From Mustelus asterias (lineage: Eukaryota), in the NCBI RefSeq assembly GCF_964213995.1, contig NC_135809.1:103726001-103790000 (forward strand): DNA of 64,000 bases, written 5' to 3'. Numbering within the stretch: position 1 is the first letter of the stretch; each line of letters opens with the position of its first letter. This document shows, piece by piece, positions 50,411 to 62,002 of the stretch. Made by a program: the position numbers and the translations under genes. A model generated the notes under the pieces. That model had not been told where the DNA came from. It was given only the letters and a program-made list of their open reading frames with translations, and did not search any database.

Positions 50411-51987
50411 GCAGGCTGTTCAGAACTGGCCCTGGTTGAGTTCGAAAGAAGTGTGAGATCAAACAAATAATGCCATCACAGGAAAACAATAAGTTAATTG
50501 GTTGGTAAGGAACTGTTGTTAGGGACTGTCTTTAAATTGTAAATTAGAAAAACACACTATCTTTAAAGAAGTAGCTATGCTTGGATTTAAATGAGAAACA
50601 CCAGGAATATAAGGGAAAACCATGGCCAATATAATAAATTAATATAAATAATCCAAAGTTGAATGTTAATGTAAAAGAAGTAAAGTTAAAACATGGCAGG
50701 GCAGCTTGGTTGAGTGTGGCCTGCAATATGTGCAAAGTCATGGATACTACCCGTGTCCTATATGACCATGCGCAGGAAGTGTTACCAGCTGCAGAAACTT
50801 GAGCTCCAGGTTTCAGAGCATGAATGGCGGCTTCAGCCATTGTGACGCATCCGCAGGGCTGAGAGCTGTGTATAGCGCATTCGGAAAGGTGGTCACACCT
50901 CAGCTTAGGGGCCTGGAGGCAGAAAAGGAATGGCTGACTACCAGTCAGTCCAAGAGAACCAGGCATGTAGTGCAGGAGTACCTTGGGGTCCTGCTCACAA
51001 ATTGGTTTTATGTTTTGGAAGCTGGTGAGGGCACTGATTCCCCAGAGGAGTGTAGTCAGAACCAAGTCAGAACCACGAGCAGCTCGGTTGTACAGGAAGG
51101 GAGGAAGAAGAAAGGAAGAGCAATATTGATAGGGGATTTGTTAGTTAGGGGAACAGACAGGCGTTTTTGTGGCTGTAGACGTAATTCCAAGATGGCATGT
51201 TACCTCCTTGGTGGCAGAGTCCAGGATGTCACAGAGTAGCTGAAGGACATTCTTCTGGGGAGGGAGACCAGCCAGAGATTTTGGTCCATGTTGGTACCAA
51301 TGACTTGGGTAGGAAGGGGGTGGGGTCCTGCAATCAGAATTTAGGGAGCAAGAAGAAAATTAACAAGCAGGACCTCCAATGTAGTAACGTCCAGATTACT
51401 CCCAGTGCCACGTATAAGTGAGTACAGAAATAGAAGGCTAAGTCAAGTGAATGTGTGGCTGGAAAAGTGGTGAAGGAGGGAGGCCATAGACTCCTGGGCA
51501 TTTTGCCAATGCCTTTGGGAGGGCTTTGACTAACTCGGCAGGGGTGTGGGAACCAAGAGAGAAAATTACTATTAGAGAATAGTAAGTTAATCAGTGGAGT
51601 TGGAGTGAGGGAAAATTTATTGAAGTCTAAATCAGGGTTACTGCGCATGTATGTGAATGCACAAAGTATAGTAAATAAGATTGGGGGGGTACAGGCGCAG
51701 ATTGTCAAGTGGAAATATTATGTTGTCGCGATAACGGAGATCTAGCTCAAGAAAGGGTAGAACTGGGTGTGAAATATTCCTTGAGTACAAGGTGTTCAGA
51801 AAATCTAGGAAAAGAAGAAGGAGTGGTGGTATTGGTTATGGAGAGCAAAGCAGTGTCGGAGAAAGGATGTGCCAGAGGATTCAAGGACAGAATTAATTTG
51901 GCTGGAATTAAGGAACAAAAAGGGTGCAATTACATTGCTCAATATAGTCTATAGACTGCCAGTTAGTGGGAAGGATGTAGAACAAAT

Positions 51988-52330
51988 GGGCGGCACGGTA
52001 GCACAGTGGTTAGCACTGCTGCTTCACAGCTCCAGGGACCTGGGTTCGATTCCTGGCTTGGGTCACTGTCTGTGTGGAGTTTGCACGTTCTTCTCGTGTC
52101 TGCGTGGGTTTCCTCCAGGTGCTCCGGTTTCCTCCCACAGTCCAAAGATGTGCGGGTTAGGTTGATTGGCCATGCTAAAATTGCCCCTTAGTGTCCTGAG
52201 ATGCGTAGGTTACAGGGATTAGCGGGTAAATGTGTAGGGATATGGGAGTAGGGCCTGGGTGGGATTGTGGTTGGTGCAGACTCGATGGGCCGAATGGCCT
52301 GTTTCTGCACTGTAGGGTTTCTATGTTTCT
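51988..52330 (+). mobile_element. Full-length HE1 SINE inserted in the CR1 endonuclease region
   Basis: Same sequence as 32401; short TSD aaat (51984-51987, 52331-52334). Confidence 0.95.
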
Positions 52331-52344
52331 AAATCTGCAGGGAG

Positions 52345-52760
52345 ATGGTGGCTAGTGGTGATGTCACTGGACTATAGAAGTTTAAGTGTGGATCTGAATC
52401 CATCCTTAAGATGATTTAACGACACTGGTTGGGGTAAATGGAGAAAAATTATTTCCTATGGTGCCTAGTGCAGAACAAGGAAGTCCACCTTAAAATTAGG
52501 GTTAGACTATCCAGGAATGATCTTAGGAAACAGAAAGGATAGTCATTCATGTATGGGGGTATGCAGGCTAATGCTCTGTGGGACACGGGTTCAAATCCCA
52601 CCATGGCAGCTGGGGGAATTTAAATTAAATGAATAAAATCTGGAATTGAAAGCTAGCCTCAGTAATAGTGACCATGAAACTATCATCAATTGTGGTAAAA
52701 AAACAATGTGGTTCACTAATGCTCCTTTCGGGAAGGAAATCTGCCATCCTTACATGGTGT
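52345..52760 (+). mobile_element. tRNA-derived SINE whose head is interrupted by a 190-bp local copy
   Basis: ggtggctagtggtgatgtcactggacta, then insert 52373-52559, then caggctaatgctctg..gggttcaaatccc. Confidence 0.8.
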
Positions 52761-52859
52761 TTCCACGTACCCATCTCTCTTGTCCTTTTGTGTGGTAGAG
52801 GTTGGGGGTTTACAAGATGCTGTTGAAGAAGCCCTGCCTTTCTTTCTATTATTCTTTCA

Positions 52860-53545
52860 CAGGATCTGGGCATTTACTGGCTGGACTGACTTTTTTTTTA
52901 CTGCCCATGCCTAATTTTCCTTGAGAAGGTGTGGTGAGCTGCCTTTTTGAACCGCTACAGACCATGTGGTGTAGATATACCCACAATGCGGTTAGGGAGG
53001 GAATTGCAGGACTTTTACCAAGCGACAGTAGAGGCATGGCAATATAATTCCAAGTCAGGATGGTGTGTGCCTTGGAGGGGAACTTGCAGTTGGTGTTTCC
53101 ATGCATCTGCTGCCCTTGACCCAGGTGGCAGTGGTTGCAGGTTTGAAAGATATTGTCTAAGAAGCCTTGGTGAATTGCTGCAGCACATCTTGTTGATGGT
53201 GCACACTGCTGTCACTGTGCATCAGCGGCAATCATCAGCGTCACCCTACTTCTGACTTTTAGGAGGGAAGGTGAAGCAGTTGAAGATGGTTGGGCCTGGG
53301 GCATTACTCTGAGCAACTCCTGCAGTTATGCTGTGGGATTAAGATGATTGACCTCCAACAACTACTGCTATCTTCTTTTATCCTAGATAAAAGTAGTGGA
53401 GAGTTTTCCCACTGATTCTCATTGACTCCAGTTTTGCTAGGCCTCCTCAATGCCACAATCAGTCACTTGCTGCCTTGATGTCAAGGGCAGTCACTCTCTC
53501 CTCACCTCTGGAATTCAGTTCTTTTGTCCATATTTGAACCAAGGC
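52860..53545 (-). mobile_element. YKAQVR-family LINE 3' fragments
   Basis: ORFs with CKFPSKAHTILTWNYI and CSNSPRLLRQYLSNLQPLPP; shared tail. A further fragment lies at about 55040-55525. Confidence 0.8.
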
Positions 53546-53569
53546 TGTAATGAGGTCGGGAGTGATGTC

Positions 53570-54975
53570 AATAGCTTTTGGACTTTTATTTTTCTTTCCA
53601 GTCTTCCATGAATTCACAAATCTCATCGTTCCAATCCTCTTGGTGTTTTATGTGGTCTTTTACGAACTGTCCACTTGCCTGGACTTTTGCTGCTGTCTCC
53701 TGTGTCTCAGCACTGACAATACTTGCGATTTGGTGTCAAGAGTTGACCCTTCCAGATCACCTTGTGGTCTGTTTTTCTGCTAAATTTTTATTTGGCAATT
53801 CTGCAGGCCCTTTGTTGCCTCTGTAGCGCCCATTACTGAGGCAGATACATCAGTATTTTAACTTGAATCAGTTCTTTTCTCAACTGGATCACAGATGGGC
53901 AAGGAAGTTTTAATCACAGGAACAACTTTGGAATTGTGATACCCCATCCCAAGTAGTGGCAAAACTATAATACCTGCTATGTCATTGCCAAACATAAAGT
54001 CTACATTTTCAATAGGTAATTTCAGAATGACTCCGACCACACAAGGTCCCTTCACGAGAGCACAATTTAAATTTACTTTATGCAACAGAAAAGGCACACA
54101 TTAATACATTCTGATTCAGTAAGCTGTCTGAAAAAAAGGTCCAAATCCTTTGCTAACAATAAGCTCTGAGCTGAACCAGTATCTCTCAGGATAACAATTT
54201 TCCTGGGCTCTTTCTTGGACAAAAATTGAATAATTTTTCATTCAGATACTAACCCCTTATAACCATTTGCATCTGTATAGATTCCCAACGTAAAAAAAAA
54301 TTAGATGCAGTGGGTTTCTTACAATCTTCAACTTTTAGTGCAGATTTCCCTGTGGAAATTCTTATCACTTTGCATCATGCGACTGATTTAACACTGATTT
54401 CTTGAAGACCTTTCCTGAACACATCTTAAAACGTTCCTGTTACTGCTGCCAGTTTATCGTTCAGCTTCCAATAATTGGCTTGGAGATATCCCGTCTTATG
54501 GCAAAAAAAATGTCTTGGTTACGTTACATCACTTTTGTCTCTACGCTACCATTTTAATGACTGGACCAGCACCTGCCCTCTCCCTAAAGCTAGACTCTTG
54601 TGCCAGCTTTCCTATGCATTTATAAATGCCCCCTACTGTCCCCCAGCTGCCTTTGTGATATATCATATTCTTCTGTTTGTGATCAAGTCAACTGGTCCCA
54701 CCACATTCGTTTCTCCCTAGCAAATTCTGCAAATGTTTCATTTGGACTTTTCTTTAAAGCCTAGAAATTTCAAATGAGATGCTTCAGGGACAAGCTTGTA
54801 AACATTAATTGCCGCAGTTTTAACCACGTCATTATCTGAGGATTGTTCTGCCAAAAGGCTAGAGTACACATCTGAAGCCATCCCAACTTAAGCATCTTGC
54901 AAAATGAGAGTTCAAATGTCCTTTGCCACTTTAGTTTGTTGTTAACTTTTCAAACAAGATGAAATATCACTCAAT
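53570..54975 (-). mobile_element. Gypsy LTR retrotransposon gag/protease remnant
   Basis: Manual translation DVYSSLLAEQSSDNDVVKTAAINVYKLVPEA (gag YELVPEAYR motif); ORF 53858-54097 LHKVNL..ALVKG..VVGV..KLPI.NVDFMFGNDIAG (ILGNDLAG protease end). Confidence 0.75.
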
Positions 54976-55529
54976 GTGAGAGTACCTGCCTTCACCACAC
55001 TCTCAGGCAGCGCATTCCATTTTTCCACTGCCAACTCCCAGCCTGCTGCAGCCGTGGTGCCTTCGTGGTGGGGGAGGTAAATGTTTAAAGTGGTGGGCGG
55101 ATGGCTTGCCTATCGAGCAGGGCTGCTTTTTCCTGGATTCGAGATCCTCAAGTGTTTTTGGAGTTGCACTGATTCAAGCTCCTAACATGTGTTTTGTAGA
55201 TGGTGGATGAGCTTTGTGAATCCGGAGGTGAGTTACTTGCCACAGAATTCCCTGCTTTGGTAGCCACAGTATTTATGTGGCTGTCCTGTTACTTTTCTGA
55301 TTAATGGTCACTCCCAGGGTGGAGGATTCAGTGATGATAATGCCCTTGTGTTAAGGGGACACGGATAGATTCTCTCTTGCTGGAGATATTCATTACCTGA
55401 TATTTTTGTGGAACAAATGTCAGCCCAAACCCAAATGTTGTCCAGTTCTTACTGCTTGTGGACACAGATTACTTCATGATTTGAGGAGTTGCAAATGAAA
55501 CTGGATACTATGCAATGACCAGTGGATAT

Positions 55530-56053
55530 AGGGGCATAAAGCACAGGGGTTGGACATAAGCCCCTTGAACCAACTCTGCCATTCATTGAGATCATGGCTG
55601 ATCTTATTGTGGTCCTCATTCACTGCCTGCCCCCATAACCCCTGACTACCTTGCAGATCAATAATCTGTCTAGCTCAGCCTTGAATATATTCAATGATCC
55701 AGCCTTCACTGCTCTCTGGAGAACTTCATAGGTTCACAACTGTCAGAGAGAAGAAATTCCTCCTCATCTCTGACTTAAATGGGATATCCTATATTCTGAA
55801 ACTGTGCCTACTATTTCTAGATTCCACCGTGAGGGTGATACGTCCTCCCAGCATCTGGCCTGTCAAACACCTTCAGAAATTTATATGTTTCAAGAAGATC
55901 ACCTCTCATTCTTCTAACTCCAATCGGTATAAGCCCAACTTGCCTACATGTACAAGTGAACCTTCTCTGAAATGCCTCTAATAATGTCCCTCCTTAAGTA
56001 AGGAGATCAAAACTGTATGAAAATTCTAGGTATGGTCTCAACAATGCCCTGTA
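55530..56053 (-). mobile_element. CR1 3' fragment (host of the double Penelope insertion)
   Basis: ccattcattgagatcatggctgatc tail and aagaaattcctcctcatctc; resumes briefly after 56420. Confidence 0.8.
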
Positions 56054-56066
56054 CAGTTCTAACAAC

Positions 56067-56219
56067 GATGTGGAGATGCTGGCGTTGGACTGGGGTAAAC
56101 ACAGTAAGAAGTTTAACAACACCAGGTTAAAGTCCAACAGGTTTATTTGGTAGCAAAAGTGGCTCTTGCTACCAAATAAACCTATTGGACTTTAACCTGG
56201 TGTTGTTAAACTTCTTACC
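56067..56219 (-). mobile_element. Fold-back Penelope-like short element lacking the hammerhead
   Basis: Arms 56104-56156 / 56166-56218; tail on the left (gatgtggagatgctggcg...); 13-bp TSD cagttctaacaac (56054-56066, 56220-56232). Confidence 0.88.
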
Positions 56220-56265
56220 CAGTTCTAACAACACCAGGTTAAAGTCCAACAGGTTTATTTAATAG

Positions 56266-56300
56266 CACAAGCTTTCGGAGCATGCTCCTTCATCAGGTGA
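56266..56300 (-). ncRNA. Minimal hammerhead motif (minus strand)
   Basis: Reverse complement reads tcac-CTGATGA-a-ggagc(at)gctcc-GAAA-gc-T-T-gtg; stem I cac/gtg. Confidence 0.7.
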
Positions 56301-56333
56301 CCTGATGAAGGAGCAGCGCTCCGAAAGCTCGTG
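56300..56333 (+). ncRNA. Minimal hammerhead motif (plus strand; stem I shortened by the fold-back junction)
   Basis: ac-CTGATGA-a-ggagc(agc)gctcc-GAAA-gc-T-C-gtg. Confidence 0.65.
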
Positions 56334-57321
56334 CTACCAAATAAACCTGTTGGACTTTAACCTGGTGTTGTGAGACTTCTTACTGTGCCTACCTCAGTCC
56401 AATGCCGGCTTCTCCACATCAGTTCTATCAAGGCTTTCCAACTATTTTTGGGAGTGTGTCTTCAGTATATAGAGCTTTATGACTTGCATTTGGAGCAAAC
56501 AAATTGCCCTGTATTTATGAATTTCTTATTCTCAATTAAAGAAATGTTATCTACTTCAACCCAACCCTATTGTCTCTACATACTTTGTTTAGGAGGCCAA
56601 AAACAGAAAATGTGCAAATTAGCCCTAACAAAGCTAATTGAGTGGTTGATCTTTTATGTGACTTTGTTTACCATGAAGATGAATAGGATTAGAAAGTTAA
56701 ATACTGGGTTTGCCTGAGAGTTTTTAAAAAGGCAGCTGTACTGTATTACAATAACAACTTTGTTAATGCTGATGTCTCCAATCTAGTGCATTAATAGTAC
56801 CATATTTTCTGTAACACTATAGATTTATAAAGCTGCACAGAAAGCTGTGAACTATAAAACGCTTGAATATTGTGATATATATCGGTAATACAATACTATT
56901 ATTTAAAATAAAGGATTTAGGTTTCTATTTTCAAGAAGGAATTAGATATAGCTCTTGAGGCTAAAGGGATCAAGGGATATTGGGGAAGGCAGGATCAGGC
57001 TATTGAATTTGACAATCAGCCATGATAATGAAAGGCGGCGTAGGCTCGAAGGCCCAAATAGCTTACTCCTGCTTCTATTTTCTGTTTTTATTCTTCCTAG
57101 TTAGAAAACCTAGTTAGAACAAGTTAGTAAATGGCCAGGTCATTCAAAGAAAAATGGAGAAAGAAAATGTCTCTCCAAAGGATAATATTTAACTTTAAGA
57201 CTAGAACTCAATATGAATTACTTATCAAATTGTCAACGTCTGTTGTCTGTGTAAGAAAGCTGCCTAAGTCCCACAGGACCATAGGCTGTTCTCTCCCTTT
57301 TCAGAGAGAGAGCTGACTGGT

Positions 57322-60206
57322 AAGACCATAAGACATAGGAGCAGCATGAAGCCACTCGGCCCATCGAGTCTGCTCCACCATTCAATCATGGCTGATATTT
57401 TTCTCATCCCCATTCTCCTGCCCTTTTCCCATACCCCTGATCCCCTTATTAATCAAGAACCTATCTATCTCTGTCTTAAAAACACTCAATGACCTGGCCT
57501 CCACAGCCTTCTGCGGCAAAGAGTTCTACAGATTCACCACTCTGGCTGAAGAAATGCCTTCTCATCTCTGTTTTAAAGGATCGCCCCTTTAGCCTGAGGT
57601 TATGCCCTCTGGTTCTAGTTTTCCCTACTAGTGGAAACATCCTCTCCATGTGCACTCTATCCAGGCCTCGCAGTATCCTGTACGTTTCAATAAGATCCCC
57701 CCTCATCCTTCTAAAGTCCAATGAGTACAGACCCAGAGTCCTCAACCGTACCTCATAGGATAAGCTCTTCATTCCAGGGATCATTCTTGTGAACCTCCTG
57801 TGGACCCTTTCCAAGGCCAGCATATCCTTCCTTAGATATGGGGCTCAAAACTGTGCACAGTACTCCAAATGGGGTCTGACTAGAGCCTTATACAGCCTCA
57901 GAAGTTCATCCCTGCTCTTGTATTCTAGCCCTCTCGACATGAATGCTAACGTTGCATTTGCCTTCCTAACTGCCGACTGAATGGGTAACTATAGGCCGGT
58001 TAGCTTAACTTCTGTAGTAGGGAAAATGCTTGAATCTATCTTCAAGGAAGAAATAGCGAGACATCTGGACATAAATTGTCCCATTGGTAAGATGCAGCAT
58101 GGGTTTATGAAGGACAGGTCATGTTTGACTAATTTGGTGGAATTCTTTGAGAACATCACATGCGCAGTGGACAGTGGGGAACCTGTGGATGTGGTGTACC
58201 TGGATTTCCAGAAGGCCTTTGACAAGGTGCCGCACCAAAGACCGCTGCTTAAGATAAAGGTGCACGGTGTCACGGATAATGTATTAGCATGGATAGAGGA
58301 TTGGTTAACTAACAGGAAACAAAGAGTGGAGGTAAATGGGTGTTTTTCTGGTTGGCAATTAGTGACTAGTGGTGTGCCTCAGGGATCAGTGTTGGGACCG
58401 CAATTGTTTACGATTTACATAGATGATTTGGAGTTGGGGACCAAGTGTAGTGTGTCAAAATTCGCAGATGACACTAAGATGAGTGGCAGAGCAAAGTGTG
58501 CAGAGGATGCTGAAAGTCTGCAAAGGGATATAGATAGTCCAACTGAATGGGCGAGGGTCTGGCAGATGGAGTACAATGTTGGTAAATGTGAGGTTATCCA
58601 TTTTGGTAGGAACAACAGCAAAATGGACTAATATTTAAATGGTAAAAAATTGCAGCATGCTGCTGTGCAGAGGGATCTGGGTGTCCTTGTGCAAGAATCT
58701 CAAGGAGTTGGTTTGGAGGTGCAGCAGGTAATTAAGAAGGCAAATGGAATTTTGTCCTTCATTGCTAGAGGGATGGAGTTTAAAAACAGGGAGATTATGG
58801 TGCTGGTGAGGCCATACCTGGAGTACTGTGTGCAGTTTTGGTCTTCTTACTTGAGAAAGGATATACTGGCACTGGAGGGGCTGCAGAGGAGATTCACTAG
58901 GTTGATTCCAGAGTTGAGAGGGTTGGCTTATGAGGAGGGACTGAGTAGACTCGGGCTATACTCATTGGAATTCAGAAGAATGAGGGGGGATCTTATAGAA
59001 ACATATAACATTCTGAAGGGAATAGATAAGATGGAAGCAGGGAAGTTGTTTCCACTGGCGGGTGAAAATAGAACGAGAGGCATGCCCTCAAAATAAGGGG
59101 GAGCAGATTTAGGACTGAGTTGAGGAGGAACTTCTTCACACAAAGGTTTGTGAATCTGTGGAATTCCCTGCCCAGTGAAGCAGTTGAGGCTACCTCATTG
59201 AATGTTTTTAAGGCAAGGATAGATACATTTTTGAACAGTAAAGGAATTAAGGGTTATGGTGAGCAGGCGGGTAAGCGGAGCTGAGTCCACGAAAAGATCA
59301 GCCATGATCTTATTGAATGGCCGAGCAGGCTTGAGAGGCCAGATGGCCCACTTCTGCTCCTAGTTCTTATATTCTTATGAACCTGCACGTTAACCTTAAG
59401 AGAATCTTGAACAATAATTCCCAAGTCCCTTTGTGTTTCTGATTTCCTAAGCATTTTTCCATTTAGAAAATAATCTATGCCTCCATTCCTCCTTCCAAAG
59501 TGCATAACCTCACACTTTTCCACATTGTATTCCATCTGCCACTTCTTTGCCCACTCTCCTGACCTGTCCAAATCCTCCTGCAGCCCCCCTGCTTCCTCAA
59601 TACTACCCCTCCCTCTACATATCTTTGTATCATCTGCAAACTTAGCTACAGTGCCTGCAGTTCCTTCCTCCAAATCGTTAATGTATGTTGTGAATAGTTG
59701 TGGTCCCAGCACTGACACCTGAGGCACACCACTAGTCACTGGCTGCCATGCTGAGAAAGACCCCTTTATCCCCACTCTCTGCCTTCTGCCAGTCAGCCAA
59801 CCCTCTATCCATGCCAGGATCTTACCCTTAACACCATGGGCTCTTAACTTATTTAACAGTCTCCTATGCGGCACCTTGTCAAAGGCCTTCTGGAAATCTA
59901 AATAAATCATGTCCACGAGTTCTCCTTTATCTAACTTCCTTGTTACCTCCTCAAAGAACTCTAACAGATTTGTCAGACATGACCTCCCCTTGCCAAAGCC
60001 GTGCTGACTCAGTCCTACTTCATCATCCAAGTTATCTGTGATCTATAATAATGGATTCTAAAATCTTGCCAATGATCAAAGTCAGGCTAACTGGCCTAAA
60101 ATTTCCCATCTGCTGCCTCCCTCCCTTCTTAAACAGCGATGTTACATACGCTACTTTCCAGTCCTCTGGTACCCTCCCTGCCTCCAGTGATTCCTGAAAG
60201 ATCACC
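57322..60206 (-). mobile_element. CR1 LINE inserted in the SINE and itself split
   Basis: ORFs 59254-60030 and 57476-57823 with RT and C-terminal motifs; TSD actggt (57316-57321, 60207-60212). Confidence 0.95.
57982..59377 (+). mobile_element. Innermost CR1 LINE (same subfamily as 12232-15994)
   Basis: ORFs 57981-58631 and 58650-59096 (NYRPVSLTS, PQGSVLGP, FADD); TSD tgaa (57978-57981, 59378-59381). Confidence 0.95.
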
Positions 60207-60666
60207 ACTGGTGGCGATTTAACCTGAGGATCACCACACCTCAGGCGAGAGGTGAGGTTGAGAAGGTACAGCTTTCATGAATAACTTCAGCTGGTACGGG
60301 AATTGAACCCACGCTGTTGGCATCACTTCGCATCACAAACCAGCCATCCAGCCAACTGAGCTAACTGACCCCCTTGTCTGTGTAAACTGACCATAAGTTA
60401 ATAAAGATGCTCGGCAGAACCAATCTGCATGTGCACTAAATAAATGCAAAAATGCCATGTACCTTAGAGTGTGATCTGCTGCATGCCTGACTTACAAAGT
60501 GTCAAAATATTTTATAAAAGCAGTGAATATTCTTAAATCATTTAAATTTAAACATTTATCTCTAAATGCTGGATGTTGTTGGCCTACAGTAATAGAGAAA
60601 AAAAAGGAAAATCCTGAAAGCTTCTAATAAAAAAATAAAATTTCAATCATTAACCTTTTCACGTAG

Positions 60667-60839
60667 GTGTTAGTAGAGAGACGATTGGTGATTAAAGTTA
60701 AATGATACAGTTTGATATTGTGCAAAGTTTAGATGGACTATCTCTTCATTCTGATGATTGGGGGTGCAGCAGAGAAAGAAAAGAGAAAATGTTACTTCAG
60801 GAAAATTTAATCCAACTGTGTCGCAAACATATGAGCATG
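60667..60839 (+). other. Candidate host-gene exon
   Basis: Acceptor cattaaccttttcacgtag|G and donor ATG|gtaact; open frame from ATG 60702 (MIQFDIVQSLDGLSLHSDDWGCSRERKEKMLLQENLIQLCRKHMSM). No recognised homology. Confidence 0.25.
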
Positions 60840-60954
60840 GTAACTTTTCATATGATTCCGTTTTTAAAGACATGACTGGAGATTGGGAATGGGAACCTGA
60901 GCTGATAATTTTTTTTCCCAACCCAAGAAGGCTAAAGCTACCCCTACCACCCAC

Positions 60955-61800
60955 TGGCTGAGAGATTGCAACGGGATCTTGATCAATTGGGCCAGTGAGG
61001 AGACAAATGGCAGATGGAGTTTAATTTAGATAAATGCGAGATGATGCATTTTGGTAGATTGAACCAGGGCAGGACTTACTCAGTTAATGGTAGGACATTG
61101 GGGAGAGTTACAGAACAAAGAGATCTAGGGGTACGTACATGTTCATAGCTCCTTGAAAGTGGAGTCACAGGTGGACAGAGTGGTGAAGAAGGCATTCAGC
61201 ATGCTTGGTTTCATCGGTCAGAACATTGAATACAGGAGTTGGGATGCCTTGTTGAAGTTGTACAAGACATTAGTAAGGCCACACTTGGAATACCGTGTAC
61301 AGTTCTGGTCACCCTATTATAGAAAGGATATTATTAAACTAGAAAGGTAGGATGCTACCAAAGAGGCTGGATAGACTGGGACTCTTTTCTCTGGAGCGTA
61401 GAAGGCTGAGGGGTGATCTTATAGAGGTCTATAAAATAATGAGGGGCACAGATCAGCGAGATAGTCAATATCTTTTCCCAAAGGTAGGAGAGTCTAAAAC
61501 TAGAGGGCATAGGTTTAAGGTAAGAGGGGAGAGATACAAAAGTATCCAGAGGGGCAATTTTTTCACACAGATGGTGGTGAGTGTCTGGAACAAGCTGCCA
61601 GAGGTAGTAGTAGAGGCGGGTACAATTTTGTCTTTTAAAAAGCATTTAGACAGTTACATGGGTAAGATGGATTTAGAGGGATATGGGCCAAATGCGGGCA
61701 ATTGAGATTAGTTTAGGGGTTTAAAAAAAAAGGGCAGCATGGACAAGTTGGGCCGAAGGGCCCGTTTCCATGTTGTAAACCTCTATGACTCTATGAGTCT
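60955..61800 (+). mobile_element. 5'-truncated CR1 LINE 3' end
   Basis: ORFs 61153-61350 and 61352-61705 (LVRPHLEY, RLGLFSLERRRLRGDLIEVYK); tail ctctatgactctatga. Confidence 0.95.
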
Positions 61801-62002
61801 AATAGGGATGGGGTTAGCTGACACTTTGATCTTCCTGTGTTTCCTCAGTTTATTTTCAGATTTATGTTGATCACCTCGAGTTTGATTTCACAGGAAAACC
61901 TGACTTTCAAATGGGTGGTCTTCCATGTGGTCATGTGGTAAAGTGTTCATGTATGTGATCAACTCTCCAGGAATGCACAAACCAGTGTTGCAAGAGGATG
62001 TA

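Larger units (their letters stand above)
50200..52345 (+). mobile_element. CR1 LINE 5' part: repeat-containing 5' UTR, ORF1 (SGNH esterase-like) and start of ORF2 endonuclease
   Basis: ORF 50799-51239 (VVTP..., AILIGDLLVRGTDRRFC), VHVGTND, then MYVNAQSIVNKI and TELIWLELRNKKGAITLLNIVYR. Confidence 0.85.
56228..56419 (+). mobile_element. Fold-back Penelope-like short element with two opposed hammerhead cores
   Basis: Arms meet at caggtgacctg; TSD cagttcta (56220-56227, 56420-56427); tail ends ctccacatc. Confidence 0.88.
57255..60373 (-). mobile_element. tRNA-derived SINE split in two (57255-57321 and 60207-60373) by nested CR1s
   Basis: Minus-strand head gggggtcagttagctcagttgg...gggttcaattcc; 12-bp TSD ttgtctgtgtaa (57243-57254, 60374-60385). 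Confidence 0.88.
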
